The position numbers and the translations under genes were made by a program. Below the pieces are notes generated by a model. That model had not been told where the DNA came from and searched no databases. It saw only the letters and a list, made by a program, of their open reading frames with translations. A stretch of DNA of 64,000 nucleotides, from positions 55,412-119,411 of IMG/VR virus record IMGVR_UViG_3300010354_000050. One strand, given 5' to 3'. Positions 38,701 to 46,829 of the stretch are shown piece after piece; within the stretch, counting starts at the first letter, position 1, and every line of letters starts with the position of its first letter. This stretch comes from a virus.

Positions 38701-39647
38701 GTGGTTCTTCCCAATCTACCATGTATGGGGGATTTACTGACATTCAATTTGTAGAACCCTCTTCTACAGTTCCTTCAACCCTTTGGAACTTCAGAGTTAT
38801 CACTTCTAATGATTTAGTTAGTGAAGCCTTAAGGGGTTTGAATAGTGGGGGAGTTCCACAGATTAAAGTTTTGGAAGCAGGTATAGATTCTCATGCTAGA
38901 CTACAATCTGATTGCGAATCCTATTCTACTACAGCAGGTTTCCTTGCCTACTATGCTCCTTACATTAAAAATGATGTTGGTTCCTTCATTGCCCCTTCTT
39001 CCTTTGTAACAGGATTGGCAATAAGGCGCTATAGGGATGAAGCAGCAGGTTTTAGGCTACCTCCTGCTGGTACGAAATATTCCTTAGCTGGTGCAAGAGG
39101 AGTTCAGATCCCAATTACAACTGCTCAACAGGATATTTCTAACCGGATTGGCCTAAATGCCCTTAGGCAGCTTCCAGGTTACAGCACTGTTGACCCCCTT
39201 ACCGGAGAAGTATTTGGCCCTGTATTTGTATGGGGTTCAAGAACTAGGGTAAACAGGGCTAATGCTACCCAAGCCCTATACCAATTTGTAAATACCAGGG
39301 TTATTCTTAATGTAATCTATGGTTCACTGCAAAATGCCTTAGATGGGCAAATCTTTTCTATTGTAGATGGTCAATCAGTAACATTTAATCAGATTAATAC
39401 TTTGATTACAAATGTTCTCTACAACAACTTCTATATTCCTGGTGCATTGTTTGGTGAAACTCCTGCTGATGCTTTCCAAGTTGTAGTAGATGAAAGGGTT
39501 AATCCGCCAAACCAGGTTGAACAAGGTGTCATTAATGCTAAGGTATTTGTAGTACCTGTACCTACCCTTGAAAGGATTGAGATTGATCTTATCAGGGTTA
39601 ATATTGGTGCTGCCCAATCTACTTTAGTAGACCTTGGCCTACAATAA
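35772..39647 (+). CDS. contractile tail sheath protein with large insertions
   Basis: N-terminal PG-x-x-I-x-E, FF-x-x-x-x-x-G-x-L-x-VIRV; C-terminal YYAPY, PPAG, VWGSRT, FVNTR, VPVP-x-LERI. Confidence 0.9.
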   Translation: MATISIGRGGAPGTFIYESGIASQAGTASFNTVYMLVEAPNEASTFVFPFNTPLFVGSLNEYENLIGGIPASGAELDSYYAVKSFFQQANIGDLRVIRVGTPSTIVQVGFSPSANKDNGVSAPTPLLRNDKVYIKLEVNGIRLGDVTPSGAWLGVPVTIPVDYVAGSVDNNLKISNAIVNAVAEAIKTNADISSGIYVREIKTGIPCAECSSLHLANRVFNGPVEIINYSDVTGNQFILASSGYSIDTVSFSEVSVYDWIQCVQTSLDGASLPKGYLIAPAAFKKYKKADRVNLGQAMEEVCSVIKWMALVDCGPFNVTDISEFSLFEEHIPADGFFPSGKYLISNAIFEWISTNPLLFTSANYKEDSALLSANRNLANGQRLALKDDRRINVGVGANTSGNYLILEENWPSNLRSGELVFIEAFDATPVPTLPLYTDAYTDTYNQPLSGPFYLIAKDVDPTLEANQIRLATSKVRALGNISIDLLTAGTPQGGGLITLTYDNPSWELEVEIDSKVSSLVESKGASFNSLHLPGSLQKPTAEFDFKATIRQLTNPSLSIFKGGISLSYFNSTNVNTSTGTFTIPNHGYATGDMVNYYSLPSAAAPGGLSSFATYYVIRIDNNSLKLATTLANANAGTSVTLTTTGTDSSTVKSPSGGSAQSILTTGGDCLIFSSEHDIKTADRVYFNANILSQNSDIVFRGSTETSVTTYFANLVDRNFFTLANSSSNLAAGAFIDYPVSNIGTTASRLVYKKLGVTLDGGTFTESGLIRFIRGRKYQLDVTLAVFLVKDEANVSVVSGEDNPYGTAYTADISTDLRLSYSEFPVAPPVFRVAAEDVNDVDSEFTITGHGYQTGDSVTIDVAPDAILADGLENSVTYYIIKVDNNTVQLATSVTNAVAGTFISLGDAGTNNSFGIEFFVSSASSPFTFQYTEDFESAPLNSASDFAGENNFYCVPLTTGIQANASVDNVYLHLVVESGSSQSTMYGGFTDIQFVEPSSTVPSTLWNFRVITSNDLVSEALRGLNSGGVPQIKVLEAGIDSHARLQSDCESYSTTAGFLAYYAPYIKNDVGSFIAPSSFVTGLAIRRYRDEAAGFRLPPAGTKYSLAGARGVQIPITTAQQDISNRIGLNALRQLPGYSTVDPLTGEVFGPVFVWGSRTRVNRANATQALYQFVNTRVILNVIYGSLQNALDGQIFSIVDGQSVTFNQINTLITNVLYNNFYIPGALFGETPADAFQVVVDERVNPPNQVEQGVINAKVFVVPVPTLERIEIDLIRVNIGAAQSTLVDLGLQ

Positions 39648-39776
39648 TTAGATAACCACGCAATAAGGTAAAAAAAAGAAGGGAGTATATACTTCCTTCT
39701 TTTTTGTTGAAACTTCTTAGTCAAAAGATATAATAATTGAGAACAGGTAGATAAAAAATCAAGAGGTAAGAAACTT

Positions 39777-40046
39777 GTGACTATTAGGAAGTTGAACATA
39801 GACATTGATGAACATCTTCACAATAAGTTAAAAGAAGTAGCTAAATCTAAAGGTTTAACCTTGAAAGCTTTTTGCTCAGAAATCCTAGAAAGTAGCTTGA
39901 AGCAAACTGATCCTACAAATTATTGCCTACTTCCTTTAGATAGCTTAAGGACTTTGTACAAGAAACTAATTACCGAAAAGCCTGAAAATTGGGTTACTTT
40001 ATCTAGAAAAATAGATAATGAAATCAGGAGGAGATTTAGAACTTGA
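39777..40046 (+). CDS. ribbon-helix-helix DNA-binding protein
   Basis: LNIDIDEHLH-x-x-LK-x-x-A-x-x-x-G-x-TL. Confidence 0.7.
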   Translation: MTIRKLNIDIDEHLHNKLKEVAKSKGLTLKAFCSEILESSLKQTDPTNYCLLPLDSLRTLYKKLITEKPENWVTLSRKIDNEIRRRFRT

Positions 40047-40077
40047 AATTTTGAAAAGTTAAAAGGAATATTACCTT

Positions 40078-40434
40078 ATGTCTACCATCAGGGGTTTAAC
40101 ATACCCGCTCAGTGTAAAAAATGGTCAACTGTCTGTGTCTAGGGATGCGAAACTAGTAGAAGAACACGTACTGTCAGTTCTAGAAACAAGACCTTTTGAA
40201 AGGGTTTTAAGAGCAGATTACGGTCTAAAAGACCAAATTTTTAACACTATTAACCCCCAAGATATAAATTCGCTCATCATTCTTTCTATTCAGGAAAATG
40301 TACCGGAAGTTAAAGATTTAGAAATTTCTGGGAATTGGGAAAGAAGGGCAGATGAAGGAATATACAATATTAAATTGTCCTATAAAATCAACAGTGTACC
40401 CCAACCACCATTAAACCTGTCCTTAAACTTCTAG
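40078..40434 (+). CDS. baseplate wedge gp25-like protein
   Basis: GL-x-YP, L-x-T-x-x-x-ER-x-x-R-x-x-YG motif. Confidence 0.85.
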   Translation: MSTIRGLTYPLSVKNGQLSVSRDAKLVEEHVLSVLETRPFERVLRADYGLKDQIFNTINPQDINSLIILSIQENVPEVKDLEISGNWERRADEGIYNIKLSYKINSVPQPPLNLSLNF

Positions 40435-40450
40435 ATTAATAATTCTAATT

Positions 40451-41941
40451 ATGGCAAAAAGATTTTCTATCCCTCCTGTACCTACAGGAGAAGTGGCTAA
40501 TTACACTAATGATCCTTATATTCAAAATACCATTGGTGGATACCCTTGGATAGCAGGAAATAAAGGGGATGTTCTGCTAAGACCCCAAGATGAATTACTA
40601 ATTCAGAAGGGTGGGAACCAAGCATTTAGCATCTATCAGAAACTACTATTTGATAGTACCGTTCAAGCTGCATGGAATAAAATAGTACAAGATGTTATTT
40701 ACAGAAAGCTTGTAGTAAAACCTGTTTCAGAAAAGCCAGGTGATGTTGCTGTTAAAGAGTCTGTAGAAAACCAACTTAGAAATATACCCTTTGATCAAAT
40801 TACCAAAGGATTTCTAGAAGCCTATATAGTGGGTTTTTCAGTTGGGGAAATATTGTGGGAAAAGGGGAAGAATGGAAACACTGTTTCTAATATTGTAATT
40901 AGAGATGCTAGAAGATTTAGGTTTGTTGAGGTTCCAAATAAGCCAAGTTTTGACTTAAGGTTGATCACCAGGGAAGAAGTTTTTTCAGGAGAAAAGGTTC
41001 CCCCTAGAAAATTTATTGTTTTTCAGTATTGGACACAAGCTAATGGTGATCCTTATGGTTGTGGACTAGGGAGAATCCTTTACCCACTTGTAAAGTTCAA
41101 ACGTAGGGCGGTAGAATCTCAACTATTATACTCAGATCGGTATGCAAATCCTACTGCCGTAGCTACAGCACCTTTATCTGCTACGGCACAAGAAATAGAA
41201 ACCTTATATAGCCACTTGTCTAATTTATCCCAAGAAACTGCTCTTGTATTGCCTGAGGGATATAGCATTAATTTCATCAATCCTTCAGGAACTCCTGATA
41301 CTTTTATTGATATTAGGGAATCTTTGGTTAAAGAAATTAATATGTTGATTACTGGAGAAGATGAAGCTGGAACTTCTGGTGCAGGTTCTAGGGCATCTTC
41401 TGAAGTTGCACTTAGGATTAGAGAAGTCAGGGCAGAAGAGCTTAGTGAGTTACTTTGTGAAGTCCTAAATAGAACATTAATTAGGTGGATGGTAGATGTA
41501 AATTTTGGTGTAGATGTAGAATCTCCCAGGATTTACCGTGATTTTTCTGTCCACGAAGATCTGAAACTAACTATCGGAGATCTAGCAACTCTTTCTGAAA
41601 GACTAGGACATACTGCCAAAAGATCTTGGATTGAAGAAAACTATAGTGTTTCTTTTGAAGAACCTGTACCTGAAGAAGAACCTTTAGACCCTAACAATAT
41701 TTCTGTTGATTCTTTAGTAGATGATGTCCTAAATGAAGTTGATCAGGTCATAGATCAAGAAATTGTCCCTGAAGATAGTCAAATAGAAGGATCAATTAGC
41801 GATGAAAGTATTGATATTGAAGAATTAGCAGATCAAATTCTAGCTGATACACCTAACATTGATCAAATAATTGATGAGGCTATTGAAGAAGATGGGGACA
41901 TAAATATAGACCAGATTATTGATGAAGTTGTAGAAAGTTGA
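40451..41941 (+). CDS. portal protein (Mu gp29/DUF935-like) with acidic tail
   Basis: GFSVGEI-x-W, P-x-x-KF, PYG-x-GL, DRYANP, GSRA-x-x-EV motifs. Confidence 0.85.
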   Translation: MAKRFSIPPVPTGEVANYTNDPYIQNTIGGYPWIAGNKGDVLLRPQDELLIQKGGNQAFSIYQKLLFDSTVQAAWNKIVQDVIYRKLVVKPVSEKPGDVAVKESVENQLRNIPFDQITKGFLEAYIVGFSVGEILWEKGKNGNTVSNIVIRDARRFRFVEVPNKPSFDLRLITREEVFSGEKVPPRKFIVFQYWTQANGDPYGCGLGRILYPLVKFKRRAVESQLLYSDRYANPTAVATAPLSATAQEIETLYSHLSNLSQETALVLPEGYSINFINPSGTPDTFIDIRESLVKEINMLITGEDEAGTSGAGSRASSEVALRIREVRAEELSELLCEVLNRTLIRWMVDVNFGVDVESPRIYRDFSVHEDLKLTIGDLATLSERLGHTAKRSWIEENYSVSFEEPVPEEEPLDPNNISVDSLVDDVLNEVDQVIDQEIVPEDSQIEGSISDESIDIEELADQILADTPNIDQIIDEAIEEDGDINIDQIIDEVVES

Positions 41942-42033
41942 TGATTTTTCTAAAATAAACTGGGGGGGAACTTTGTTACGAACCCAGAATTATTTCTGGG
42001 TAAAAACAACATGATTATAATTCCCTACTGATT

Positions 42034-43623
42034 ATGCTAAAAGAAGTTAATATCTTCAAGGCAGGACTGCAAACTGCTGAAAGTGGTATGTCTAGGGAAT
42101 TTACACTTTCAGAACTAGATGAAATTGTAAATTCCTATGATCCTTTGGCCCATGAAGCCCCTATCAGAATTGGTCATGAAGACAATGACAAAGTTCCGGC
42201 TTGGGGGTGGGTTAAAGGGTTAATCCGTAAAGGCGAAGATCTCTATGCAAAAGTAGACTTTTCTCCTCTAGCTAAAGATTTTATTAAGAACGGTCTTTAC
42301 AAAAAAGTAAGTGCTTCTTTCTACTCTCCTGCTTCAAAAATCAACCCTCACCCTGGAAAATGGAGTTTAAGACACGTAGCACTTCTAGGTGCCCAACCTC
42401 CTGCTGTAAAAGGTCTTAAGGGTTTTGCCTATGAAGAAGCCCAATCTGAATGTTGGAGTTTTTCTTCTGAACTTAAACCTGAAGAAGTTTATGATGCAGA
42501 ATTGGGGCCAACCATGAAACAATCTTTAAGTCCTTTACAAATGTTGAAAGAAAAGATCAATATGGCTAAAGAAATGATGCAAGAAGATGAAGGAAAAACT
42601 CTAGATATGAAAGAAAAATCTAAAGAAAAAGAAGTAGAAATGGAAATGGAAATGAAGGAAAAGACTAAGAAACCAAATAAAGAAGAAGTTTCTGAAATGG
42701 AAATGCCAGATTCTACAGAAGAAGTAGAACTCAAAGAAAAAGCTAAGGCTAAAAAGAAAAATCCTGAAATGGAAATGCCTGAAGAAGTAGAAGAAATTGA
42801 TGAAGAAGAAGTGGAACTAAAAGAACCTACTAAGGCTAAAAAGAAAAATCCTGAAATGGAAATGCCTGAAGAAGTAGAAGAAATTGATGAAGAAGAAGTG
42901 GAACTTAAGGAGAAAGCTAAGGTAAAGGCAAAGAAAGAAATGGAAATGCCTGAAGAAGAGGAAGAAGAGGAATTGGAAGATGTTGAAGAAGTTGAGCTAA
43001 AGGAGAAGCCTAAGGCCAAAGAAAAATCTTCTAAGGTTTCTAAAAAAGACATTTCTGCTGAAATGGATAAAGAAGTCTCTAAGCTCCTAAAGGAATTAGA
43101 TATTGATGTAGAAGACATGGGAGAGGAACTTGTAGAAGAAGTTGACATGGGGGACTATAAGAAGGAAAAGTCCAAGAAAGTCACATCTTTTTCTGAAATG
43201 GGAAATCCTGATCTAGATAAGGTTCTAGCCCGAATTAAGGAACTGGAAGAAGCCAATTCTCGCCTAAAAGCTGATGTAGAATTTGCAGAAAAGAAAGCTT
43301 TCCGTACCAGCCTACAACGCTTTACTGACACCCTTTATGAAAGTGGGAAACTAACCGAATCAGTAATCAAGCAAGATGAGTTGATTGATTACATGGAGGG
43401 TCTAGAATATGGTACATATCAGTTTTCTGAAAGTGAAAGTATCATTACTCCCTTAGTAACTCTCCTGAACCGTTTGCCTCAAATGGTTTCATATGAGGAA
43501 TTTGCTCCTGAATCTAAAGCTGTAATCCCTGAACCAACTGATCCCCATGAAAAAGCTCTAGGGATTGCTAGAGAAGAAGGGATTAGCTATTCAGAAGCTC
43601 TTAAGAAAGCCCTATTTGGTTAA
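42034..43623 (+). CDS. prohead protease fused to scaffold (Mu gpI-like)
   Basis: AP-x-x-IGH, PAWGWV, YKKVSASFY, LRHVALLGAQPPAVKGL; long E/K-rich scaffold. Confidence 0.87.
   Translation: MLKEVNIFKAGLQTAESGMSREFTLSELDEIVNSYDPLAHEAPIRIGHEDNDKVPAWGWVKGLIRKGEDLYAKVDFSPLAKDFIKNGLYKKVSASFYSPASKINPHPGKWSLRHVALLGAQPPAVKGLKGFAYEEAQSECWSFSSELKPEEVYDAELGPTMKQSLSPLQMLKEKINMAKEMMQEDEGKTLDMKEKSKEKEVEMEMEMKEKTKKPNKEEVSEMEMPDSTEEVELKEKAKAKKKNPEMEMPEEVEEIDEEEVELKEPTKAKKKNPEMEMPEEVEEIDEEEVELKEKAKVKAKKEMEMPEEEEEEELEDVEEVELKEKPKAKEKSSKVSKKDISAEMDKEVSKLLKELDIDVEDMGEELVEEVDMGDYKKEKSKKVTSFSEMGNPDLDKVLARIKELEEANSRLKADVEFAEKKAFRTSLQRFTDTLYESGKLTESVIKQDELIDYMEGLEYGTYQFSESESIITPLVTLLNRLPQMVSYEEFAPESKAVIPEPTDPHEKALGIAREEGISYSEALKKALFG
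42743..42905 (+). repeat. 76-bp tandem duplication (87-nt period) in scaffold
   Basis: copies 42743-42818 and 42830-42905 encoding KAKKKNPEMEMPEEVEEIDEEEVEL. Confidence 0.85.
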
Positions 43624-43628
43624 TCAAA

Positions 43629-44192
43629 ATGGCAAACTTTCCAACTTTGTCCCAAGTTCTAGGGAGGAAGGATTACATTTGGGATTTATCAAAATCCTAC
43701 TACAAACAAAATCCTTCCTTCCTTGACCTTGAATTTTTCTTCAATGAAGAACTTTCTAAGTTGGAACTGAAGCTAATCAATGGTTTAATCACCCAAGCAG
43801 AATATAAGCGGTACTTGCTAGACTTATGTTTAGGATGCTGCTTATGTTCTGTTTTTATTGGCATTGAATCAGTTCCAAAAAGTTCTAGTGAACAATTATC
43901 CATTTTCTCAAAAGTAATGGATCAACTCAATTATTACACATTGGGTAATAATACTATGTCAGCCCAACAAATGACAGATCCCTTTCATCGTTGGTTTTGT
44001 TACGGGAAAGATCTACACCATAGAAAATTGGGTTACAAAAATTCCAAACTACTTGTAAACAATTGCTGCAAAGGTTGTCAAAGCTGCAAAGATTATGCAG
44101 CTTTAGGTTGGCAACCTATAGGGACTATCCCTATTCCCGGTTTTCGTTGCAAGTCCATGGAAAATTGCCGATGTGGACTTCAATATAAATAA
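43629..44192 (+). CDS. minor head morphogenesis protein (gpF-like)
   Basis: C-terminal C-x-x-C...GW-x-PIG-x-x-P-x-PG...NCRC. Confidence 0.55.
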   Translation: MANFPTLSQVLGRKDYIWDLSKSYYKQNPSFLDLEFFFNEELSKLELKLINGLITQAEYKRYLLDLCLGCCLCSVFIGIESVPKSSSEQLSIFSKVMDQLNYYTLGNNTMSAQQMTDPFHRWFCYGKDLHHRKLGYKNSKLLVNNCCKGCQSCKDYAALGWQPIGTIPIPGFRCKSMENCRCGLQYK

Positions 44193-44244
44193 AAAAGTTC
44201 ATTAGGGTATAAAAAATAATAGAGTCCTTTTCAAACTAATTGCC

Positions 44245-44685
44245 ATGACTTTACCAGTTTACGGGAGACAGCTAATTAGGTTTGCTGAAACCTTTTATGT
44301 TGCCCCTGAAAAAGAAGTTAATTCCTATCGTGTAGTTGTTCTAGATACCCCTACTGGCCCTTCCATGCCTCTCAGTGTTGAGCAAGGTAATGGTGGTGCG
44401 GTTGGTATTTCTCAATTCCAAGTTGCTGACAATGTTCCACCTACTGGTTTCGGTTCTGATCGTGTTAGAACTCTTACCGTTGCTACCAGTGGTCTTTTGC
44501 TAGTAGAAGCTGACGGCACCCTAGATGCTGCTGATATTGGTACTGCCTTAGTAGCTACTGCTACTGGCATTGCTACTCCTTCTTCTAATGTAGGTGGTGA
44601 AGCGGTTACTGTCAATGGTATGACTCCCACTATTAGGGAAATTGTTGACATTGGTGAAACCCAGTTTGTTGTTATTTCCCTCTAA
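44245..44685 (+). CDS. capsid decoration/cement protein
   Basis: small Gly/Ala-rich protein directly upstream of major capsid gene. Confidence 0.6.
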   Translation: MTLPVYGRQLIRFAETFYVAPEKEVNSYRVVVLDTPTGPSMPLSVEQGNGGAVGISQFQVADNVPPTGFGSDRVRTLTVATSGLLLVEADGTLDAADIGTALVATATGIATPSSNVGGEAVTVNGMTPTIREIVDIGETQFVVISL

Positions 44686-44721
44686 TCCTTAAATAAAAAC
44701 CATTAGGAGAACTTTTCAAAA

Positions 44722-45780
44722 ATGATGAATCTTAGAGACACTTACGGTGGTGTCGATCCTATTCTAACTACTCTGGCTCAAGGCTTCATGCTGCCAGAAA
44801 CTTCCATTGCAAACTTTATTGCTCCTGTAGTAGATACCCCTACCCGTGCTGGTAAAATCCTTCGCTTTGGCAAAGAAGCCTTTGCTGTAGCCGATTGCCG
44901 CCGAGCTTATGGTGCTAATATTCCTGCTGTCCAAAGCAGATTTGACACTGAACCTTATGCTCTAGAACAAGAAGTCATTGCTTGGGAACTTCCTGAAGAA
45001 GTCATTGAGAACGCAGGTGAAGGGCCAGCCCAAGTAGACCTACGGGAAATTGAAACCCGTAATGCTATGAGCCGCTTGATGAACTCCTATGAAGTAACTG
45101 TTTCTAATGCAGTCTCTACTGTTGCCAACTATGAGCCAGGTGTTATTGCTGTTAGCGGGACTTTGGGCCTTGGCTATTCTTCTTGGGGTGACTATCAAAC
45201 TGATGCTACTACCATTGGTCTTGCTGCTTCTACTGCGGATTGGGGTAGCAATGGTAACAATCCTATTGTAGATGTTCTAAACTGGAAACGTGCTGTTTCT
45301 AATCAAATTGGTATTAGACCTAACAGCGCTGTTCTAGGTACTGCTGTTTTTGACAGTCTGCTAACCAACCCTGCAATTCTAGAAAGAATTCAGTTTACTA
45401 CCGCTGACTCAATTGATATTGATGTTCTAGCTCGTTATTTTGGCCTAGAACGTGGTATCCGAGTTGCGGAAGGTAGAAAACTAGATGCAAATGGGATGCT
45501 TAAGCCTGTATTCCCTGAAAATGCAGTTCTGTTATTCTATTCTCCTCCTGGTGTCTCTGATAGCGTTATGCCAGCTTCCGGTGCAAGTGCAGCTACTCCT
45601 GCTTTTGCCTATACCTATCAGCTAACAGGTACTCCTGCTGTTCGTCCTGAATACTATATTCGTGAACGTCGGGTAGTTCGTGCAGAAATTACCGTTGAAA
45701 GAACTGTAAATATTACTGGTCTTGGTGCTACTAATAAGTACGGGTCTGGCTTCTACATCGAAAACGTATTTGATGATTAA
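44722..45780 (+). CDS. major capsid protein
   Basis: DP-x-LT-x-x-A-x-G, FGKE-x-F, G-x-RPN motifs; strong AGGAG RBS; 352 aa. Confidence 0.88.
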   Translation: MMNLRDTYGGVDPILTTLAQGFMLPETSIANFIAPVVDTPTRAGKILRFGKEAFAVADCRRAYGANIPAVQSRFDTEPYALEQEVIAWELPEEVIENAGEGPAQVDLREIETRNAMSRLMNSYEVTVSNAVSTVANYEPGVIAVSGTLGLGYSSWGDYQTDATTIGLAASTADWGSNGNNPIVDVLNWKRAVSNQIGIRPNSAVLGTAVFDSLLTNPAILERIQFTTADSIDIDVLARYFGLERGIRVAEGRKLDANGMLKPVFPENAVLLFYSPPGVSDSVMPASGASAATPAFAYTYQLTGTPAVRPEYYIRERRVVRAEITVERTVNITGLGATNKYGSGFYIENVFDD

Positions 45781-45819
45781 TCCCATCTAATGCCGTTTTC
45801 TCTCTAAGAGGAAAAACCA

Positions 45820-46239
45820 ATGCCAATCTTAAAGCCTATTGCCAAGTCTGCATTTATTGTTACCATTTCTGGAATGGAAACAATTTGGACTACCTTTTCT
45901 GGGATTGTAGATACGGCTGAAAGTGGTCAATATGCCAACGGAACAGGAAACAGGATCTATAAAGTTATCGGCCCTAGGGCTGTTGATGATGTCACCTTAT
46001 CTGCTCCTTATGACCCTATCCTAGCTGCTACTATTGAAAGGATTTGGTTACAGTATAATTGTGAATACATAACAATTATTATTCAGCCAACTACTTGTAA
46101 TGGTACTACCAGAAATGGCCCACCTTATGTCCTCAACGGCTGTCAATTGCAGCAACTAACTGTTGCAGAAATGGATAGAGAATCTGGAGATGTAGGAACT
46201 ATTGAGCTAGTATTTACTGTAAACTCCTGGACAAGATAA
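45820..46239 (+). CDS. tail tube protein
   Basis: 139 aa, F-x-G, DR-x-SG...ELVFTV pattern; terminator follows. Confidence 0.7.
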   Translation: MPILKPIAKSAFIVTISGMETIWTTFSGIVDTAESGQYANGTGNRIYKVIGPRAVDDVTLSAPYDPILAATIERIWLQYNCEYITIIIQPTTCNGTTRNGPPYVLNGCQLQQLTVAEMDRESGDVGTIELVFTVNSWTR

Positions 46240-46260
46240 TTAAAACCCGGTTCTGTAGAA

Positions 46261-46290
46261 AATCCTTCCTTTTGGAGGGATTTTTTTTTT
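46261..46290 (+). terminator. intrinsic terminator
   Basis: AATCCTTCC-TTTT-GGAGGGATT + T tract. Confidence 0.85.
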
Positions 46291-46338
46291 AATCTTTAAG
46301 GGGTAAATTCAAATATAGAGTTGAAAGTAAACATATAA

Positions 46339-46770
46339 ATGTCTAAAACGCTTTTTGGGCCAGGAGTTATTGTAACTTCTAATTGGCTGAATGGTGCAAG
46401 AGAAATAAGGTTTGATGGTGAAGATGCAGATTGGCATTATCCACCTATCAATGCTAGGGATATTCAAAGAGGTGGAGTTTCAGGATTAGACTCAGTTTTC
46501 TTAACTCTAGACACAGAACAGAGTTATGGGAATAATCCTGTACAAGGTTCAAAAAGTTTTATGGGGTTAGTTCAATTTGGGGATCAATCTAATACAAATC
46601 CTAATTATTCTCCTTTGTTCTGGAATACTAATGCCAAGTTTAATCAAGGTGGTAGATTTCAAGATTTTGCTGTAAAATATGCTCAGTTAGATTCTGCCGA
46701 TGTTATAACAAAAGAAGTTTTAACAGAAAGGTTGTCAAACTTCCCAATTGTTGATGAAGGTTTCTTTTAG
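46339..46770 (+). CDS. putative virion structural protein
   Basis: F-x-x-G-x-IVT-x-x-WLN N-terminus; ends DEGFF. Confidence 0.6.
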   Translation: MSKTLFGPGVIVTSNWLNGAREIRFDGEDADWHYPPINARDIQRGGVSGLDSVFLTLDTEQSYGNNPVQGSKSFMGLVQFGDQSNTNPNYSPLFWNTNAKFNQGGRFQDFAVKYAQLDSADVITKEVLTERLSNFPIVDEGFF

Positions 46771-46829
46771 ATTATAGCCTATTACCCTATAAATTTTAAC
46801 TTAGTAAATTCTTAATAAAGAAAAAGTAA

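Noticed and set aside
42489-43148. Long Ser-rich - strand ORF
   Set aside because: Antisense shadow of the Glu/Lys-rich scaffold.
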